Shown piece after piece: positions 28,725 through 32,000 of a stretch of DNA of 32,000 nucleotides. How positions within the stretch are numbered: the stretch's first letter is position 1; every line of letters starts with the position of its first letter. The position numbers and the translations under genes were made by a program. This DNA is from Cylindrospermopsis raciborskii Cr2010 (GTDB lineage: Bacteria > Cyanobacteriota > Cyanobacteriia > Cyanobacteriales > Nostocaceae). The DNA lies in NCBI RefSeq assembly GCF_003367075.2, contig NZ_CP065936.1:630001-662000 (forward strand), written 5' to 3'. Under the pieces are notes generated by a model. That model saw only the letters and a program-made list of their open reading frames with translations. It had not been told where the DNA came from and did not search any database.

Positions 28725-29137
28725 AAATTAGTCGAAATAGCTTGTAATGGACACGAAGAAATACACTGCTCACAGACAATACACCGCGATCGCGTAAATG
28801 TTAATTTGTATGTTTCTCGGTTCAAAGATAATGCTTCCGTAGGACAAACCCCTGTACACAGTCCACAGTCAACACATAGTTGATCATCAATAACTATTTC
28901 ACCCAAATTATGAGAAACAGCAATATGTTGCGATCGCATCCAGTCAATAGCTGCATCTAACTGGTCAATATCACCTGATAATTCCACCACCAGTTTACCA
29001 ATTTGATTAGGAGCAACCTGAGCGCGGATAATGTTAGCAGCTACGTTAAAATCCCTCGCCAGTCGGTAAGTAACAGGGATCTGAATTGCACGTTTAGGAA
29101 AGGTCAGGGTCACTCGTTTCTTCATAGAAAAAACCAC
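28721..29137 (-). CDS. NIL domain plus 4Fe-4S ferredoxin-type protein; start probably internal (MKKRVTL...)
   Basis: N-terminal NIL-like region and two clusters CVDCGLCTGVCPTEAL / CIVCEQCISSCPLQAI. Overlaps CHAD start by 4 nt. Confidence 0.9.
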   Translation of the reverse strand: MVFSMKKRVTLTFPKRAIQIPVTYRLARDFNVAANIIRAQVAPNQIGKLVVELSGDIDQLDAAIDWMRSQHIAVSHNLGEIVIDDQLCVDCGLCTGVCPTEALSLNRETYKLTFTRSRCIVCEQCISSCPLQAISTNL

Positions 29138-29209
29138 ATTTGGCTAAATTTGATAAACTAGATCTGGAAAATGCCTAATTGCCTAATAATAATTATTAAT
29201 AAATAAACC

Positions 29210-29794
29210 ATGATTCCAGATGCACCCCTTGATCCCAACACCCCCACCCAGTCAACCCTGGGAAATCGGGTCAGAAACTTCCTCATAGTAATTGTAGCGA
29301 TCGCCCTCACTGGACTCTTATTTTTAGGACTGAGAAACCAAACCAGTGCGGTTTCCCTTCAGGAACTAGACCAAGCATCTACCCCTTTAGAGATGGCCAT
29401 AACCAACAATCGACCCAGTCTAGTAGAATTTTACGCTGACTGGTGTACAGTTTGCCAAAAGATGGCACCGGACATAGCAAAATTGAAAGATAAATATGGT
29501 GACAAGATGAATTTTGTCATGTTGAATGTGGATAATAGCAAATGGTTGCCAGAAATGCTTAAATATCGAGTGGATGGCATACCCCACTTCGTCTTTTTAG
29601 GTAACCAGGGGGAAACTATAGCCGAAGCGATTGGTGATACACCTCGTACCATTATGGATAGTAACCTGGACGCATTAATCAAAGGTTCTCCCCTTCCATA
29701 CGCTCAAATGAATGGCAGAGCTTCTGGGTTTTCTGCTCCAGCTTCAACTAATCAAGACGATCCTCGTAGTCATGGTGGACAAGTAGTTAATTAG
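29210..29794 (+). CDS. txlA: Membrane-anchored thioredoxin-like protein (TxlA/HCF164-like)
   Basis: N-terminal TM, FYADWCTVCQKMAPDIAKLK, GIPHFVFLGNQGE. Confidence 0.85.
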   Translation: MIPDAPLDPNTPTQSTLGNRVRNFLIVIVAIALTGLLFLGLRNQTSAVSLQELDQASTPLEMAITNNRPSLVEFYADWCTVCQKMAPDIAKLKDKYGDKMNFVMLNVDNSKWLPEMLKYRVDGIPHFVFLGNQGETIAEAIGDTPRTIMDSNLDALIKGSPLPYAQMNGRASGFSAPASTNQDDPRSHGGQVVN

Positions 29795-29873
29795 TTAATA
29801 ATTAGTTAATTAATTATTAGAGTGGGAATGGGGAATAATAAAATTTGTTAAAACAATTCTAAAAACTAAAATT

Positions 29874-30953
29874 ATGATTGGTGTAGCAATAGTTGGGAGT
29901 GGATTCGGACAAAAGGTACATATTCCTGCATTTAGTTCCCATCACAAAACTAAAATATTCAGTATTTATCACAGAGATATCAAGCAAGCCCATTCTTTAG
30001 CGAGAGCTTATGATATCCCCCACCATAGCGACAATCTAGAAGAAATTTTGGCATTACCAGAAGTGCAAGCGGTGAGTATATCCACACCACCGTTTTTACA
30101 TTACCCCATGGGTAAACAAGTATTAGCAGCGGGTAAACACCTCTTATTAGAAAAACCGACCACCCTAAATGTAACTCAAGCTAAGGAACTATATCAACTA
30201 GCAAAGGAAAAAAACATTATTGCCACGGTAGATTTTGAATTTCGTTTTGTTCCAGCATGGCAATATTTACATCAGTTATTAAATGACAACTATGTAGGAA
30301 ATATTAGACTAATTAAAATTGATTGGTTAGGGTCATCTCGTGCTAACACAGATCGTCCTTGGAATTGGTACTCCCAACAAGAGCAGGGTGGTGGAGTTTT
30401 AGGTTCCTTAGGTTCCCATGCGTTTGATTATATTAACTGGTTATTTGGAGAGGTGACAAGACTTAATGCTTACTTAACCACAGCAATTACCCAAAGAAGA
30501 GATCCAGTGGATGGAGAGTTAAAGGTAGTGAACAGTGATGATAATTGTTTAATTTCATTAGAGCTAGAGGAAGGAATACCTTGTCAAGTTTGTATTAGTG
30601 CAGTAGTGCAAGCCAAGAGAACTCATGCTATCGAAGTGTATGGAGACAAAGGGACATTAATTATAGCGAGTGAGAATCAAAAGGATTATATTTATGGGTT
30701 TAGAGTTTGGGGTTGTGAAATTGGGGGAAGTTTCACCGAATTGGAGATTCCTAAACAATTATTATTTCCCCAAGACTACACTGATGGTAGGATTAGTGCA
30801 TTTTTGCGAGTTGTAGACCAATGGGTGAATGGAATAGAAACCCAAAAGGAGATTGTTCCGTCATTGAAACAGGGAGTTTATTCCCAACTGTTGATGGATC
30901 TGTGTCATCAATCATCTCATTCCAGAACCTGGGTAGACGTGCCAAGTTGGTAA
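29874..30953 (+). CDS. Gfo/Idh/MocA family oxidoreductase
   Basis: IGVAIVGSGFGQKVHIPAF Rossmann motif, AVSISTPPFLHYPMGKQVLAAGKHLLLEKPTT, GGGVLGSLGSHAFDYINWLFG. Confidence 0.9.
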   Translation: MIGVAIVGSGFGQKVHIPAFSSHHKTKIFSIYHRDIKQAHSLARAYDIPHHSDNLEEILALPEVQAVSISTPPFLHYPMGKQVLAAGKHLLLEKPTTLNVTQAKELYQLAKEKNIIATVDFEFRFVPAWQYLHQLLNDNYVGNIRLIKIDWLGSSRANTDRPWNWYSQQEQGGGVLGSLGSHAFDYINWLFGEVTRLNAYLTTAITQRRDPVDGELKVVNSDDNCLISLELEEGIPCQVCISAVVQAKRTHAIEVYGDKGTLIIASENQKDYIYGFRVWGCEIGGSFTELEIPKQLLFPQDYTDGRISAFLRVVDQWVNGIETQKEIVPSLKQGVYSQLLMDLCHQSSHSRTWVDVPSW

Positions 30954-30963
30954 TGATTGTGAC

Positions 30964-31608
30964 CTACCACACCTTGGCTTGAAAATCCTTTTTCACGTCA
31001 ATAGCTACCGAATCTCCCGCTGGACGGATTAGAAATAGACCTTGTTCTAAGGCGTATTGATCTGCTTTTTCATCCACTTTAATACCCGCCACTGCTCCAT
31101 AAAGCTTATATTTTTTATATTTAGGAAATACATCCTTGAACCGATCAAGTACTTTTATAAATCGTTTAATATCTCGTACCTTTAAGTGAGACTTAACTTC
31201 AATAGCTACAATTTGACCATCATTTTCTGCCCAAATATCAATTTCTATGGAACCTGCATAATCATGAGCTTTTACCTGAAGGGAGGTATAGTGGACATCA
31301 ATACCCTGTTCTTTAAATAATCGTACCGCAGCAGGTCTAACTAAGTTTTCTACAAACTCACCCCATCTACTAGTGATGGATCCCATATACTTATTAGTTT
31401 CAGCCACCATCTTCCTAGTTTCTTCCATAGATATACGGAATTGATCCATCTCTTCTTCATGTTTTCTTTGGCGTTGTTCATATTCTCGTTGACGTTGTTC
31501 ATATTCCCGTTGACGTTCTTGATATAGAAGTTGTTCTACTTCTCGTTGTCTTTCGCTTTCTTTAAATAGGGCAAAAATATCCGCAAGTGTAATGTTTTCG
31601 CTACTCAT
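30964..31608 (-). CDS. DUF3782-like protein with PD-(D/E)XK-like C-terminal region and N-terminal coiled coil
   Basis: Tandem REYEQRQ heptads, then GSIEIDIWAENDGQIVAIEVKSHLKVRDIKRFI (nuclease-like D...ExK). Confidence 0.7.
   Translation of the reverse strand: MSSENITLADIFALFKESERQREVEQLLYQERQREYEQRQREYEQRQRKHEEEMDQFRISMEETRKMVAETNKYMGSITSRWGEFVENLVRPAAVRLFKEQGIDVHYTSLQVKAHDYAGSIEIDIWAENDGQIVAIEVKSHLKVRDIKRFIKVLDRFKDVFPKYKKYKLYGAVAGIKVDEKADQYALEQGLFLIRPAGDSVAIDVKKDFQAKVW
31472..31513 (-). repeat. 21-bp in-frame tandem repeat (2 copies plus partial) coding REYEQRQ heptads
   Basis: CGTTGTTCATATTCTCGTTGA / CGTTGTTCATATTCCCGTTGA, one mismatch. Confidence 0.85.
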
Positions 31609-31865
31609 AAGTCTATAACCTTAGGTAAAAATATCTTCCATTCTAACCTATTTCGTTATTGTACACAGGAAGTGCGATCGCATGTGTATTCACAAAACTT
31701 ATTTTAAATTAAAAGTCTAGTTGTGACAATATTGTATGCAGGTCCTTAATACCCCATTGATGTCACCACAATTTTATTGGTTTTCAGACCTGTTTGAGAA
31801 AATTGGCAATTGTAGGATGGAACCGTGGTACTGTTGTTGAAGTAAATTTTACTGGTATATTGGTG

Positions 31866-32000
31866 ATGAAAATACTTTGGGCATTATTGCCAACAACCCT
31901 AATTGCGCTAAACGCAGGAGAGTTGTTCGCTCAGGAGAAATTTGCAGGAGAATTTAACGGGAATCTCCAGATTGGTAAAACCCACTCCCATGTTTTTTAT
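31866..32000 (+). CDS. 5' end of a probable secreted/exported protein, truncated by window edge (absent from the ORF track)
   Basis: ATG at 31866 then MKILWALLPTTLIALNAGELFAQEKFAGEFNGNLQIGKTHSHVFY: signal-peptide-like N-terminus, open to the window end. Confidence 0.5.
   Translation, partial: MKILWALLPTTLIALNAGELFAQEKFAGEFNGNLQIGKTHSHVFY

Noticed and set aside
29791-29820. TTAATTA-rich stretch between the txlA-like gene and the oxidoreductase
   Set aside because: Low-complexity AT-rich spacer; no consistent repeat unit or pairing beyond what AT richness gives.
30964-31608. Restriction-modification or defence island around the nuclease-like protein
   Set aside because: Neighbours are an ordinary oxidoreductase and a partial exported protein; no methylase, helicase or other defence gene is visible.

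Overview
This 32 kb window looks like chromosomal DNA from a cyanobacterium. Evidence: phycobiliprotein and PSI genes, HIP1 octamers (GCGATCGC, at least 12 copies), and about 40% GC. Gene content suggests a heterocystous, Nostocales-like genome, but that is inference. The main locus (2.8-9.4 kb) is a complete phycocyanin rod operon, cpcB-A-C-D-E-F, followed by three tandem cpcG-type rod-core linker paralogs. Other recognisable genes include the end of a SUMT, a PatA-like receiver protein, rluD, an MTA/SAH-nucleosidase-like protein, an ATP-grasp ligase with an adjacent uncharacterised small protein, a c-heme/HAMP sensor beside an MscS-cNMP-binding channel, a pentapeptide-repeat protein, a YraN-like nuclease and asnS. 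Further along are an RsbW-like protein, rlmD-like, apcD, psaK, SufE-like and Nfu-like genes, lepA, a GT4 glycosyltransferase, a cyanophycinase-like peptidase, CHAD, NIL-ferredoxin, a TxlA-like thioredoxin, a Gfo/Idh/MocA oxidoreductase and a coiled-coil DUF protein. A partial secreted protein runs off the right edge. I saw no CRISPR array, phage module, rRNA or intact transposase. The most notable non-genic signals are: (1) a perfect 117-bp direct repeat flanking the rlmD-like gene, with one copy overlapping its stop codon and the other 58 bp upstream of apcD. It ends in a hairpin like the 3' end of an IS200/IS605 (omega-RNA-like) element, and two other CTTTAG-loop hairpins occur elsewhere. 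(2) A GTAGG...CCTAC nested palindrome in cpcE-cpcF. (3) A large enclosed RNA structure between cpcA and cpcC. (4) A strong hairpin after the last cpcG. No clear new defence-type system is visible. The best under-described protein candidates are the ATP-grasp/small-protein pair and the heme-sensor/MscS pair.
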